Source of the DNA: Candidatus Alcyoniella australis
GTDB lineage: Bacteria; Lernaellota; Lernaellaia; JAVCCG01; Alcyoniellaceae
Assembly (NCBI GenBank): GCA_030765605.1
Contig: JAVCCG010000098.1
Location: forward strand, 30,835 to 94,834
Reading direction: 5' to 3'
DNA: 64,000 bases
The translations under genes were made by a program, and so were the position numbers. Shown here piece by piece: positions 1-8,342 of this stretch (positions within the stretch are counted from its first letter, which is position 1; each line of letters starts with the position of its first letter). The notes beneath the pieces are model-generated. The model was given only the letters and a program-made list of their open reading frames with translations. It had not been told where the DNA came from and did not search any database.

Positions 1-858
1 AACGACTGCGTACTGATCGCCGGTGTCGAGGCCATGAGCCGTACGCCCTACGTGCTCTACGATATGCGTTGGGGCGCGCGGATGTGGGACAAGAAGGTCA
101 CCGACGCCCTGATGGAAGGTCTGGCCGACCCGCTGGGCCATTTCATGATGGGCATCACCGCCGAGAACCTGGCCACCAAGCACAACATCAGCCGCGAAGA
201 GCAGGACGAGCTGGCCTACACCAGCCAGACCCGCGCCATCGCTGCGATCGACGCCGGCCGCTTCAAAGACGAGATCGTGCCGGTCGAGGTGGTTACGCGC
301 AAAGGGACCACGATCGTCGACACTGACGAGCACCCACGCCGCGGCGTGACCCTCGAGAAACTGGCCTCGCTCAAGCCCGCGTTCAAGAAGGACGGCACGG
401 TCACCGCAGGCAACTCCTCGGGAATCAACGACGGCGCCGCGGCACTGGTCTTGATGAGCCCGGAACGCGCCAAGGAGCTGGGTTGCAAACCGATCGCCAA
501 GCTGATCGGCAATGCCGTGGCCGCGGTCGAGCCCGAATTGATGGGTTACGGACCGGTGCCCGCAGTGCAAAAGGTGCTCAAGAAGACCGGAATGGATCTC
601 AAGGACATGGAGCTGATCGAGCTCAACGAGGCGTTCGCCGCGCAGTACCTGGCCTGCGAGAAGCTGCTGGGCCTGGACCGCGACATCACCAACGTCAACG
701 GCTCGGGCGTCGCCCTGGGCCACCCGGTGGGCTGCACCGGCATCCGCATCGTCATCTCGCTGCTCTACGAGATGGCAAGACGCGACATGAGCGTCGGCCT
801 GGCGTCGCTGTGCGTCGGCGGCGGCATGGGCAAAGCCGTGATCGTGGAGCGCATCTGA
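1..858 (+). CDS. Thiolase (acetyl-CoA C-acetyltransferase family), C-terminal ~285 aa; 5' end outside window
   Basis: Frame 1 open from nt 1 (NDCVLIAGVEAMSRTPY...) to TGA 856-858; thiolase signatures NSSGINDGAAALVLMS, NEAFAAQ, GSGVALGHPVGCTG, CVGGGMGKA. Confidence 0.9.
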   Translation, partial: NDCVLIAGVEAMSRTPYVLYDMRWGARMWDKKVTDALMEGLADPLGHFMMGITAENLATKHNISREEQDELAYTSQTRAIAAIDAGRFKDEIVPVEVVTRKGTTIVDTDEHPRRGVTLEKLASLKPAFKKDGTVTAGNSSGINDGAAALVLMSPERAKELGCKPIAKLIGNAVAAVEPELMGYGPVPAVQKVLKKTGMDLKDMELIELNEAFAAQYLACEKLLGLDRDITNVNGSGVALGHPVGCTGIRIVISLLYEMARRDMSVGLASLCVGGGMGKAVIVERI

Positions 859-885
859 GCAGCAAGGCTGCTAATCGGATTTTTA

Positions 886-920
886 CAGGCGGGCCGTTTG
901 AGCCCGCCTGTTTATTTTTT
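886..920 (+). terminator. Rho-independent terminator after thiolase gene
   Basis: CAGGCGGGC-cgtttga-GCCCGCCTG (9-bp GC stem) followed directly by TTTATTTTTT. Confidence 0.85.
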
Positions 921-961
921 ATCGAACCTTTAACCGGGGCAATCATTCAAAGCATCTGATT

Positions 962-3259
962 ATGGAACGTTGTTTCAGCTACGTGCTGCGCCACCGCTGG
1001 GTCGCGCTGATAGTGCTGCTGCTGATCAGCCTGGCCGCCGTGGCATCGCTGCGGCGCGCGGTATTTGCCTCGTCCATAGGCCAGATGTTTCTCGGCGAGC
1101 ACCCGGGCTACGCGCGCTACCTGGAGCGTATAAGCGAGTTCGGCAGCGACGAGGTGGTGCTGGTCGCCATTGAAGAAGACGACGCGCTGAGCAGCCCGGG
1201 CCGCCAGCGGCTGGGGCGAGCGGTCGGCGCGGTCCGCGAGCTGCCCGGCGTGGTGCGGGTACGCAGCCTGCTCGACGCCCAGCGGGTCCAGGGCGATGCC
1301 CAGAGCATCTGGGTGCGCGACTACGCCGCGCTGGCCGAGCAAGATCCCGGACAGATCCCGCAGCTTATCGAACAACTGACCCAGGATCCGTTCTACGGCG
1401 GCCTGCTGGTCTCGGACGACGGCGCGCACCACGCGGTGATCGTCCAGCTACAAACCGAGGACGACCGGCCGGTGGAACAAACGCCGGAGCTGATCCAACG
1501 CATCCTCTCCGCGTTTACCGACGCGGGCTACGCGCGCGAGTCGCTGCATCCGCTGGGCGCGCCGGTGAGCTTCAGCTCGGTGGTGTCCGAGAGCATCGCC
1601 AATATCAGCACGCGGCTGCCGCTGGTTGCCGTGCTGCTGCTGCTCACCGTGTGGCTGATGTTCCGGCGCATGTGGCCGGTGCTGGTGACCTCGCTGGTCG
1701 CCGCTCTGGCCTCGCTGTGGACCATGGGTTTCGCCGTGTTGCTCGATCCGCGAGTAAATATCCTGGCCAGCATGGTGCCGATGGTGATCATGATCATCGC
1801 CTTCTCCGACGTGGTCCACCTGTGCAGCGCCTACCTGCTTGAGCTCGGCGCGGGAAAAAGCAAATCCGAGGCGATCTTGCACAGCGGCTCCGACGTGGGA
1901 CGCGCCTGCCTGATGACTTCGGCCACGACCTTCGTTGGTTTCGTCTCAATGTCGATCGTGCCCGCGCCGATCTTCCGCCACCTGGGGCTGGTGCTGGGCT
2001 TCGGCGTGGCCGTGGCGCTGTTGATCGCAGTGACCTTGGTGCCGATCCTGTTCTCGCTGATTCCGCAGCCCAAGCCCTGGCGCAGGGGCGCGGCCGGTCG
2101 CGTACAGGACCTGCTCGATCGCTTCCTGCACGGCGCGGCGCAGCTCGCCGCCGCCCGTCCGCGCACCTTGATCGCGCTGTTCGCCCTGCTGGGGCTAGTC
2201 GCGGTCTACGGCATGACCCGAATGCACGTCGAGACCGACTTCGCCAAGCGGCTGACCTACGACCATCCGTTGCGCGTCGATGCCCGCTATTTCAACGCAC
2301 ACTTCGGCGGGGCCAACTCGGTCGATATCTACGTTGACTCCGGCGAGATCGACGGATTGCTCGACCCCGAGCTGATCGGGCTGGTCGCCGCTTATCAACG
2401 CGATTTGGCGCGCCTGCCCGGGGTGACGCGCGTCTCCTCAATCGTCGACCTGATCGCGCCGCTGCATGCGGCGATCCACTACGGCCAGAGCGCTCCGGGC
2501 GACTTGCCGCGCACGCGCTCGGCCCTGGCCGACGACTTTCAACTGCTCGAGATCAAGGGCTACAACGATCTGGAACAGCTGATCGACTTCGACCGTCGCC
2601 GAATGCGCCTGACCCTACAGCTTCCCGAGGAGGGAGTGCGCGCAACCCAAGAGATCGGCGAGCAGGCCGCGCGTCTGGGACGCCAGATGCTTGGCGAACA
2701 AGCGGACGTGGAGGCCACGGGTATGCTGTTTCTGCTCGGCCAATGGCTGGGCGAGATCGTCGCCGGACAGCGCCGCGGCCTGGCCTTCGCCGTGTTCACC
2801 ATCGCACTGATGATGATCATCGGCCTGCGCTCGTGGCGCGTGGGGCTGTGGTCGATGATCCCCAACCTATTGCCGCTGGCCGTACTCGGCGGTTACCTCG
2901 GTCTGGCCTGGGAGCAGATCGACTCCGACGTGCTGGCGCTGATGATGATCGCCCTGGGCATCGGCGTGGACGACACGATCCATTTCCTGATGCGGCTGCG
3001 CATCGAGTGGAAACGCCACGACGACGTGGAGGGTGCGCTACGCAGCACATTCAATTTCTCCGGCCGCGGGATCGTGATCACGACAGTGATCCTGGTCGTG
3101 GGATTCGCACCCTTTGCCTTGTCGGACTACCTAAGCGTGAACATGCTCGGCACCCTGTTGCCATTGACGTTGATCGTGGCGCTGCTCGCGGACTTGCTGC
3201 TTCTGCCCGCCCTGGTTAAGGTCGGATTGCTAAGTTTTGATGAAAGATCACAACAATGA
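962..3259 (+). CDS. MMPL/RND-superfamily exporter (HpnN-like layout)
   Basis: 765 aa; two blocks of 5-6 TM helices each preceded by a large soluble loop; motifs AFSDVVHLCSAY and GIGVDDTIHFLMRL typical of MMPL/SSD transporters. Confidence 0.8.
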   Translation: MERCFSYVLRHRWVALIVLLLISLAAVASLRRAVFASSIGQMFLGEHPGYARYLERISEFGSDEVVLVAIEEDDALSSPGRQRLGRAVGAVRELPGVVRVRSLLDAQRVQGDAQSIWVRDYAALAEQDPGQIPQLIEQLTQDPFYGGLLVSDDGAHHAVIVQLQTEDDRPVEQTPELIQRILSAFTDAGYARESLHPLGAPVSFSSVVSESIANISTRLPLVAVLLLLTVWLMFRRMWPVLVTSLVAALASLWTMGFAVLLDPRVNILASMVPMVIMIIAFSDVVHLCSAYLLELGAGKSKSEAILHSGSDVGRACLMTSATTFVGFVSMSIVPAPIFRHLGLVLGFGVAVALLIAVTLVPILFSLIPQPKPWRRGAAGRVQDLLDRFLHGAAQLAAARPRTLIALFALLGLVAVYGMTRMHVETDFAKRLTYDHPLRVDARYFNAHFGGANSVDIYVDSGEIDGLLDPELIGLVAAYQRDLARLPGVTRVSSIVDLIAPLHAAIHYGQSAPGDLPRTRSALADDFQLLEIKGYNDLEQLIDFDRRRMRLTLQLPEEGVRATQEIGEQAARLGRQMLGEQADVEATGMLFLLGQWLGEIVAGQRRGLAFAVFTIALMMIIGLRSWRVGLWSMIPNLLPLAVLGGYLGLAWEQIDSDVLALMMIALGIGVDDTIHFLMRLRIEWKRHDDVEGALRSTFNFSGRGIVITTVILVVGFAPFALSDYLSVNMLGTLLPLTLIVALLADLLLLPALVKVGLLSFDERSQQ

Positions 3260-3483
3260 AAATCGACGACGAGAGCATCGCGCGCATCCGCGAACGACTG
3301 CGGATACTGGCAACCCAGGGGATCGAGCCGGACCTCTACTGTTCTTTCAGGTGCAGCTTCTCCGACTCGGGACAGGCGCAGCACGCGGCCTGCCTGGCGG
3401 TCAACGGCGTGCATTGCCGATTAATCGAGGGTGTGGTGGAAAAGGGCGCTCCATGCCGGGTGCGCTCACTGATCGAGACCTGA
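3256..3483 (+). CDS. Small hypothetical protein (75 aa, 5 Cys), translationally coupled to the MMPL gene
   Basis: ATG overlaps MMPL stop (ATGA 3256-3259); third-position G+C high like neighbouring genes; no family recognised. Confidence 0.45.
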   Translation: MKIDDESIARIRERLRILATQGIEPDLYCSFRCSFSDSGQAQHAACLAVNGVHCRLIEGVVEKGAPCRVRSLIET

Positions 3484-3529
3484 GCACGGCCCGGCCGTTC
3501 ACAGCCAATTTCAACGTCGAGAACCAATC

Positions 3530-5425
3530 ATGCGTAGAACACGAAACTTGAACCTTGGATTGCCGGCGATCCTGCTGCTGATCGCGGCCCTGGTCTGCAC
3601 AGCTTGGGCCTGCGCGGGATCGCGCCCGGCCAAGGCCCGGCTGGATCGCAATTGGTACCTTGACGATGCGCAGCAGCGGGAAGCGACCGAGGCCGGCCGC
3701 GTCGTGCGCAGCTCGCTGTACCTGACCATGCGCGACGGCGTGCGTATCGCCGTTGACGTCTACCTGCCCGCGAACCTCGAGCCCGGCGAGAAGCTGCCCA
3801 CGCTGCTTAACCAGACGCGCTATTTGCGCCACCTCGAGCTCTACCCGCCCTACAACGAACTGCTGATGCCGCCCGAGGAGATCCTGCAAATTGTCGGACT
3901 CGGATACGCCGTGGTGCGCGTGGACGCCCGGGGCAGCGGAGCCTCGTTCGGCACACGCCCCTGCCCGTGGTCGGCCGACGAGGTGACGGACGGCGCCCAG
4001 GTCGTGGACTGGATCATTGAGCAGCCGTGGTCCAACGGCTTGGTCGGCGCGGTGGGTGGATCCTACGAGGGAACCGCCGCCGAGATGCTGCTGGTCAACC
4101 GCCACCCGGCGGTTAAGGCCGCAGCCCCGATGTACGCGCTGTACGACGCTTACGCCGACATCGCGTTTCCCGGCGGAATTCACCTCTGGTGGTTCACCCA
4201 GATCTGGCAGCGCGGCAACCTGGCGATGGACGCCAACGACCTGTCGCAGGCCGCATGGTTCGCGCCGCTGTTCACCAGCGGCGTCTCGCCGGTGGACGAC
4301 GATCATGACCGCGTGTTGCTCGAACAGGCCGTTGCCGAACACGCGACCAACTACCATGTACACGAAGAGGCCGCGCAGATTTTCTATCGCGACGACGTGA
4401 GCAACGGCGGTTTGCACATCGACAGCTTCAGCCCGCATCATTATCTTGGGCAGATCGCCGAATCGGAAGCCGCGATCTACAACTACAGCGGATGGTTCGA
4501 CGGCGGATATGCGCACTCGGCCATCAAGCGCTACCTGACCATGGGCCAACGACCCCAGGATCGGCTGATCCTCGGGCCCTGGGATCACGGCGGCGACGAT
4601 CACGTGCGGCAATTCCAGCGGCCCTATCGCTCGAACTTCGATCACATGGCCGAGCTGGCCCGCTTCTTCGACTATCACCTCAAGGGGATCGACACCGGAA
4701 TCTACGACGAGCAGCCGGTGCACTACTACACCATGGGCGAGGACACTTGGCACGCGGCCGATACCTGGCCGCCGCCCGAGGCGCAGCCCGTTGCGCTGTA
4801 TCTGCGCGCCGACGGGACCCTCGATTTTGCGCCCCCCGACCAGGTGCAAAGCGTGGAGTACGCGGTGGACCCCAAGGCCGGTACCGGAGGCTACGCCCGC
4901 TGGAACAGCCTGGCCTTGGGCATGGCCGTGCGCTACCCCGACCGCCGCAAGGCCGATCGGCGTCTGCTGGTGTTTCAAAGCGCGCCGCTCGATCAAACGC
5001 TGGAGGTAACCGGCCATCCACTGGTCCACCTCTACATCAGCAGCTCCAAGACCGACGCCGACGTGTTCATCTACCTTGAAGACGTGGACCCCGCGGGGCG
5101 CGTGGGCTACGTCAGCGAGGGCATGCTGCGCGCCTCGCACCGCAAGCTGTGCGACGAGCCGCTCTACACCACGCCCGCGCCGTGCCACAGCTTTCTGCGC
5201 GCCGACGCCATACCGCTGGAGCCTGGCGAGCCGACCGAGCTGATCTTCGACCTGCAGCCGACCTCCTACCTGTTCAAACGCGGCCACAGCCTGCGCATCG
5301 CCGTGGCCGGGGCTGACGCCGACCACTTTCGGCCGCTGCCCGGAGATCCGTCGCTGCTTACGGTGCATACCGCCCCAAAGCTTGCCTCACGGATCGTGCT
5401 GCCGCTGATCGTGCGAGATGAGTGA
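3530..5425 (+). CDS. CocE/NonD-family (S15 X-Pro dipeptidyl-peptidase-like) alpha/beta hydrolase, exported/lipoprotein
   Basis: 631 aa; N-terminal signal LLLIAALVCTAWAC; RDGVRIAVDVYLP, VRVDARGSGASFG, GGSYEGTAA (Ser nucleophile context). Confidence 0.85.
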   Translation: MRRTRNLNLGLPAILLLIAALVCTAWACAGSRPAKARLDRNWYLDDAQQREATEAGRVVRSSLYLTMRDGVRIAVDVYLPANLEPGEKLPTLLNQTRYLRHLELYPPYNELLMPPEEILQIVGLGYAVVRVDARGSGASFGTRPCPWSADEVTDGAQVVDWIIEQPWSNGLVGAVGGSYEGTAAEMLLVNRHPAVKAAAPMYALYDAYADIAFPGGIHLWWFTQIWQRGNLAMDANDLSQAAWFAPLFTSGVSPVDDDHDRVLLEQAVAEHATNYHVHEEAAQIFYRDDVSNGGLHIDSFSPHHYLGQIAESEAAIYNYSGWFDGGYAHSAIKRYLTMGQRPQDRLILGPWDHGGDDHVRQFQRPYRSNFDHMAELARFFDYHLKGIDTGIYDEQPVHYYTMGEDTWHAADTWPPPEAQPVALYLRADGTLDFAPPDQVQSVEYAVDPKAGTGGYARWNSLALGMAVRYPDRRKADRRLLVFQSAPLDQTLEVTGHPLVHLYISSSKTDADVFIYLEDVDPAGRVGYVSEGMLRASHRKLCDEPLYTTPAPCHSFLRADAIPLEPGEPTELIFDLQPTSYLFKRGHSLRIAVAGADADHFRPLPGDPSLLTVHTAPKLASRIVLPLIVRDE

Positions 5426-6435
5426 TGAAAATCGTGACCCAAGCCTTTTCCCGCGCCGGGCTGATGGGCAACCCCGGCGACGGCTATTGCGGCAAGGCGC
5501 TCGCGTTGAGCGTGCGCAATTTCAGCGCGCAGGCGACCATCGAGCCCAGCGCGCGGCTGTGCATCGCGCCCCAGCGTCAAGACCTGCTCGAGTTCGACAA
5601 CGTGCAGCAGCTAGTGCGCGGCGTGCGCGAACACGGTTATTACGGCGGCGTGCGACTGCTCAAGGCGACGATCAAGCTCTTTGCCGAGCACTGCATTGCC
5701 CGGGGGATAGAGCTGCGCCCGGATTGCTTCACCATCAGCTATTGCACCACGATCCCGGTGCAGGTCGGACTGGCCGGATCCAGCGCAATCATCACCGCCG
5801 CGATGCGCGCACTGATGCGCTTCTACAACGTCGAGATCGAGCGCGAGCTGCTGCCCTCGCTGATCCTGAGCGTCGAGCGCGAGGAGCTGGGCATCGGCGC
5901 GGGGCTGATGGACCGCGTGATCCAGGTCTACGAGGGACTGGTGTTCATGGACCTCGGCCGCGAGCTGGTTGAAGGTCGGGGCTTGGGCGACTACGTGCCG
6001 CTGGACCCCGCGGCCCTGCCGCCGCTTTACCTGGCCTACAACGAGGGCTTGGCCAAGGGCAGCGAGTTCACGCACAACCCGTTGCGCGCGCGCTTTGAAC
6101 GCGGAGAGCCGGAAATGCTCGCGAAAGTCGCTCAACTGGCTGAGTTGGCCGTACGCGCACGAGAGCTGCTCGAACACGGGCGCGGCGACGAGCTCGGGTC
6201 GCTGATGGATGAGAACTTCGATTTGCGCGCCGCGCTGTGCAATATCGGCCCGGGCGATATGCAGTTGATCAACATTGGCCGCGAGCTGGGCGCGCATCCC
6301 AAGTTCGCCGGATCGGGCGGCGCGGTGATCGGCGCGTTCGATGGCGACCCACAGCGCCTGGAACGTCTGCGCCGCGCCTACGCCAAGATCGACGCCACGC
6401 TGATCGTGCCGCAGATCGCGGCCGAGGAGGACTGA
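5425..6435 (+). CDS. GHMP-family kinase (glucuronokinase-like sugar kinase)
   Basis: ATG 5425 shares its A with upstream TGA (TGATG); GHMP motif GLAGSSAIITAAMRAL; N-terminal AGLMGNPGDGYCGKAL pattern. Confidence 0.75.
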   Translation: MKIVTQAFSRAGLMGNPGDGYCGKALALSVRNFSAQATIEPSARLCIAPQRQDLLEFDNVQQLVRGVREHGYYGGVRLLKATIKLFAEHCIARGIELRPDCFTISYCTTIPVQVGLAGSSAIITAAMRALMRFYNVEIERELLPSLILSVEREELGIGAGLMDRVIQVYEGLVFMDLGRELVEGRGLGDYVPLDPAALPPLYLAYNEGLAKGSEFTHNPLRARFERGEPEMLAKVAQLAELAVRARELLEHGRGDELGSLMDENFDLRAALCNIGPGDMQLINIGRELGAHPKFAGSGGAVIGAFDGDPQRLERLRRAYAKIDATLIVPQIAAEED

Positions 6436-7553
6436 TGCGCTTCAGCCTCGGCGTTGCGGCCCTGGCGCTGGCATTGTCGCTGCTGCCGGTCGGGTGCGCG
6501 TCGCCGCCGGACGGGGGAGAGATGGACCGTACATTGACCGTGATCGACTACAACCTCTGGCACGGGCTCAATCCCGTAGGGCTGCTTAAGTTCGACGAGT
6601 TCGAGACTCCGGCCGAGCGTGAGCTGCGGCTCGAGGGATTCCTGGCCCAGGCGCGGGCCCTACAGCCGGACCTGATCTTTCTGCAGGAGGTCAACCCGGT
6701 GCCGGGCCTCTCGGCGCGGATCGCCGACGAGCTGGGCATGCAGCGCGTGTTCCAGGTGGGCAACTCCGGAATCAAGATCGGTTCTCTGGGGCCGCCGATC
6801 AACCTGCGCTCGGGCCTGGCGATCTTGGCCGCCCCACAGTTGCATCTTGAGAAGCTCGACGGCTGCAAACTCTCGGGATCGACCGGGCGTTGCGGCCCGT
6901 GGCTCTCGATCCAGACCGGGGAGTTCCGCTACGCGCTGGTCGCCCGCGTCGAGATCAACGGCCGCGAACTGATGCTGATCAACACCCATCTGCACCACGG
7001 GATGGAGATCGACCAGCAGGTGCGGCAGGGGTTGGATGAGCTGGTCGATAAAGGAACGATCACGCGCGAGCAGGCCGACGCTGCGCTGGCCGAGGTGGCC
7101 CTGGCCTCGCAGCGCAGGCGTAGCGAGATCGAGCGCGCCTTGGACTGCGCCGCGGACGCCGGTCTCGACCAGTCCACGCCCGTACTGTTTGCCGGCGACT
7201 TCAACGCCTCGCCCGATGCCCCCGAGCTCACGTGGCTGAAAAGCCATCTGGGCTTCGCCTCGGTCACTGACGATAGCGACCCGCAGAACCTGCTTTACAC
7301 CTGGGACCCCCAGCGCAATTCCAACACGCTGTTCGTCAGCGATTTCAAGCCGCCCAGCGACGGCGAGGGGCTGATCTTCGCGCACCTGGGGCAGACGCTG
7401 GTTCATCAGCGACGGCGGCTGGACTACATCTTCACGCGCTCCACCGGCTCGCTGCTCGAGCCGCGCGAGTCCGGCCTGTTCGCCGACCAGCCGCGCAACG
7501 GCACGATGAGCTCGGACCACTTCGGCGTGTTCGCCAAATTCGAGATCAAATAA
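6435..7553 (+). CDS. Endonuclease/exonuclease/phosphatase (EEP, sphingomyelinase-like) family lipoprotein
   Basis: Start taken at ATG 6435 (overlaps upstream stop; gives MRFSLGVAALALALSLLPVGC lipobox). EEP motifs NLWHG, IFLQEVN, GDFNA, SDHFGV. The 6237 start in the ORF track only adds an Arg-rich extension inside the previous gene. Confidence 0.8.
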   Translation: MRFSLGVAALALALSLLPVGCASPPDGGEMDRTLTVIDYNLWHGLNPVGLLKFDEFETPAERELRLEGFLAQARALQPDLIFLQEVNPVPGLSARIADELGMQRVFQVGNSGIKIGSLGPPINLRSGLAILAAPQLHLEKLDGCKLSGSTGRCGPWLSIQTGEFRYALVARVEINGRELMLINTHLHHGMEIDQQVRQGLDELVDKGTITREQADAALAEVALASQRRRSEIERALDCAADAGLDQSTPVLFAGDFNASPDAPELTWLKSHLGFASVTDDSDPQNLLYTWDPQRNSNTLFVSDFKPPSDGEGLIFAHLGQTLVHQRRRLDYIFTRSTGSLLEPRESGLFADQPRNGTMSSDHFGVFAKFEIK

Positions 7554-7554
7554 A

Positions 7555-7620
7555 GCAGCTATGAGCTGCACCAAAACTCGCAAGCGAACCTTGCGCGTTG
7601 CTCTACGATATTTTCCGCGT
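7555..7620 (+). repeat. Copy of the 67-bp intergenic repeat family (array orientation), abutting the EEP stop codon
   Basis: GCAGCT-atg-AGCTGC hairpin then ACCAAAACTCGC ... ACGATATTTTCCGCGTCG, colinear with array unit (GCTGCCACAAAACTCGCG ... ACGATCCACTCCGCGGCG). Confidence 0.6.
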
Positions 7621-7680
7621 CGCGGAGTGGATCGTAGGTAACCGACAAACGTAATACACGAGATTTGTGCCGACTCAGAG
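7621..7680 (-). repeat. Inverted copy of the 67-bp repeat family, head-to-head with the previous copy
   Basis: CGCGGAGTGGATCGT...ACACGAGATTTGTGCC matches reverse complement of array unit (CGCGGAGTGGATCGTTG...ACGCGAGTTTTGTGGC); junction CCGCG-T-CGCGG is palindromic. Confidence 0.6.
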
Positions 7681-7754
7681 CCGCTCGCGTTGGATGGGGC
7701 GGCAAGGTGAATTGTTTTAATTAATCTCGAGCCAATACCCCGCGAGCCTTCACC

Positions 7755-7778
7755 TAATAATGTTATTCAACATTATTA
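7755..7778. promoter_or_regulatory. Perfect 10-4-10 AT-rich palindrome, Fur/Zur-box-like, orphan (between convergent gene ends)
   Basis: TAATAATGTT-attc-AACATTATTA; lies in an AT-rich island in a 395-bp spacer between the 3' ends of the EEP gene and tatA. Confidence 0.4.
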
Positions 7779-7796
7779 TCCCTCCCCGATGCTTAG

Positions 7797-7874
7797 TCGC
7801 GGGGTGGATCGTTGCATCAAGACCGGCGTACTGCGCGAGCCTTGCCGCGGCTCCAAGCCGCCTCCAAGGTGCCC
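7797..7874 (-). repeat. Inverted copy of the 67-bp repeat family
   Basis: GTCGCGGGGTGGATCGTTGC...GCGCGAGCCTTGCC-GCGGC-tccaa-GCCGC-CTCCAAGGTGCC; hairpin 7847-7861. Confidence 0.65.
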
Positions 7875-7920
7875 AAACAAAAACCGCACCTGCTGGGATG
7901 TCGGTCCCGGCCGGTGCGGT
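7875..7920 (-). terminator. Rho-independent terminator of tatA
   Basis: On minus strand ACCGCACC...GGTGCGGT stem (7913-7920 / 7883-7890) followed by TTTTGTTTGGG. Confidence 0.7.
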
Positions 7921-7947
7921 CTTGGTCGCAGGTGCGTCAGGCGGCGG

Positions 7948-8142
7948 CTACTCTGCCTTGTCTTCGTCTTTGAGCTGTTTATCTTTAGGCGTCACGTCGA
8001 TCTCGTCATGGTTGGCCTTGCGAAACTCGCGGATGCCCTTGCCCAGGCCGGCGCCGATCTCAGGCAGCTTGCCCACGCCAAAGATGATCAGCACGATGGC
8101 CATAATAATTACCAGCTCGCCCATGCCCAAATTGCCGATCAT
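7948..8142 (-). CDS. tatA: Twin-arginine translocase subunit TatA/E
   Basis: 64 aa; [43 protein letters not shown] signature; AAGGAG 7 nt upstream. Confidence 0.95.
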   Translation of the reverse strand: MIGNLGMGELVIIMAIVLIIFGVGKLPEIGAGLGKGIREFRKANHDEIDVTPKDKQLKDEDKAE

Positions 8143-8173
8143 GGTCTTTCTCCTTGTTTAGTCGGCCGACACT

Positions 8174-8311
8174 CTAACGGAAAAACCCGGCCAGCAGCCC
8201 CCAGCCGAGGATATCGTCGGCCGTGGCGAAACATAACAATAGCGTATAGACGATCATCGCCGCAAGAGCGAGTTTGCCGGTCCGGCCGCCCTCTTGATCG
8301 CGCTGTTCCAT
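8174..8311 (-). CDS. 45-aa single-TM micro-protein immediately upstream of tatA
   Basis: ATG 8311 preceded by AAGGAGG (8 nt spacer); MEQRDQEGGRTGKLALAAMIVYTLLLCFATADDILGWGLLAGFFR has one hydrophobic helix; the longer 8407 start in the ORF track overlaps the upstream gene. Confidence 0.55.
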   Translation of the reverse strand: MEQRDQEGGRTGKLALAAMIVYTLLLCFATADDILGWGLLAGFFR

Positions 8312-8342
8312 CCGCCTTTCCTCCTTAATCGAACGGCGCTGC

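Noticed and set aside
3401-5368. 655-aa minus-strand ORF opposite the CocE/NonD gene. Similar long antisense ORFs occur at 8841-10259(+), 12712-13593(-), 15027-16361(-), 25518-27377(-), 28950-30578(-), 31561-32679(-), 37382-38413(-), 48222-49535(-), 51390-52382(-) and 59957-61243(+).
   Set aside because: These are shadow ORFs typical of high-GC DNA. Each lies opposite a gene with clear family motifs. They are rich in Arg/Ala/Gly/Pro/His, and have no recognisable domains and no SD.
7760-8328. 133- and 179-aa plus-strand ORFs starting near the 7755 palindrome
   Set aside because: Both run antisense through tatA and the micro-ORF, and have shadow-ORF composition. tatA on the minus strand is unambiguous.
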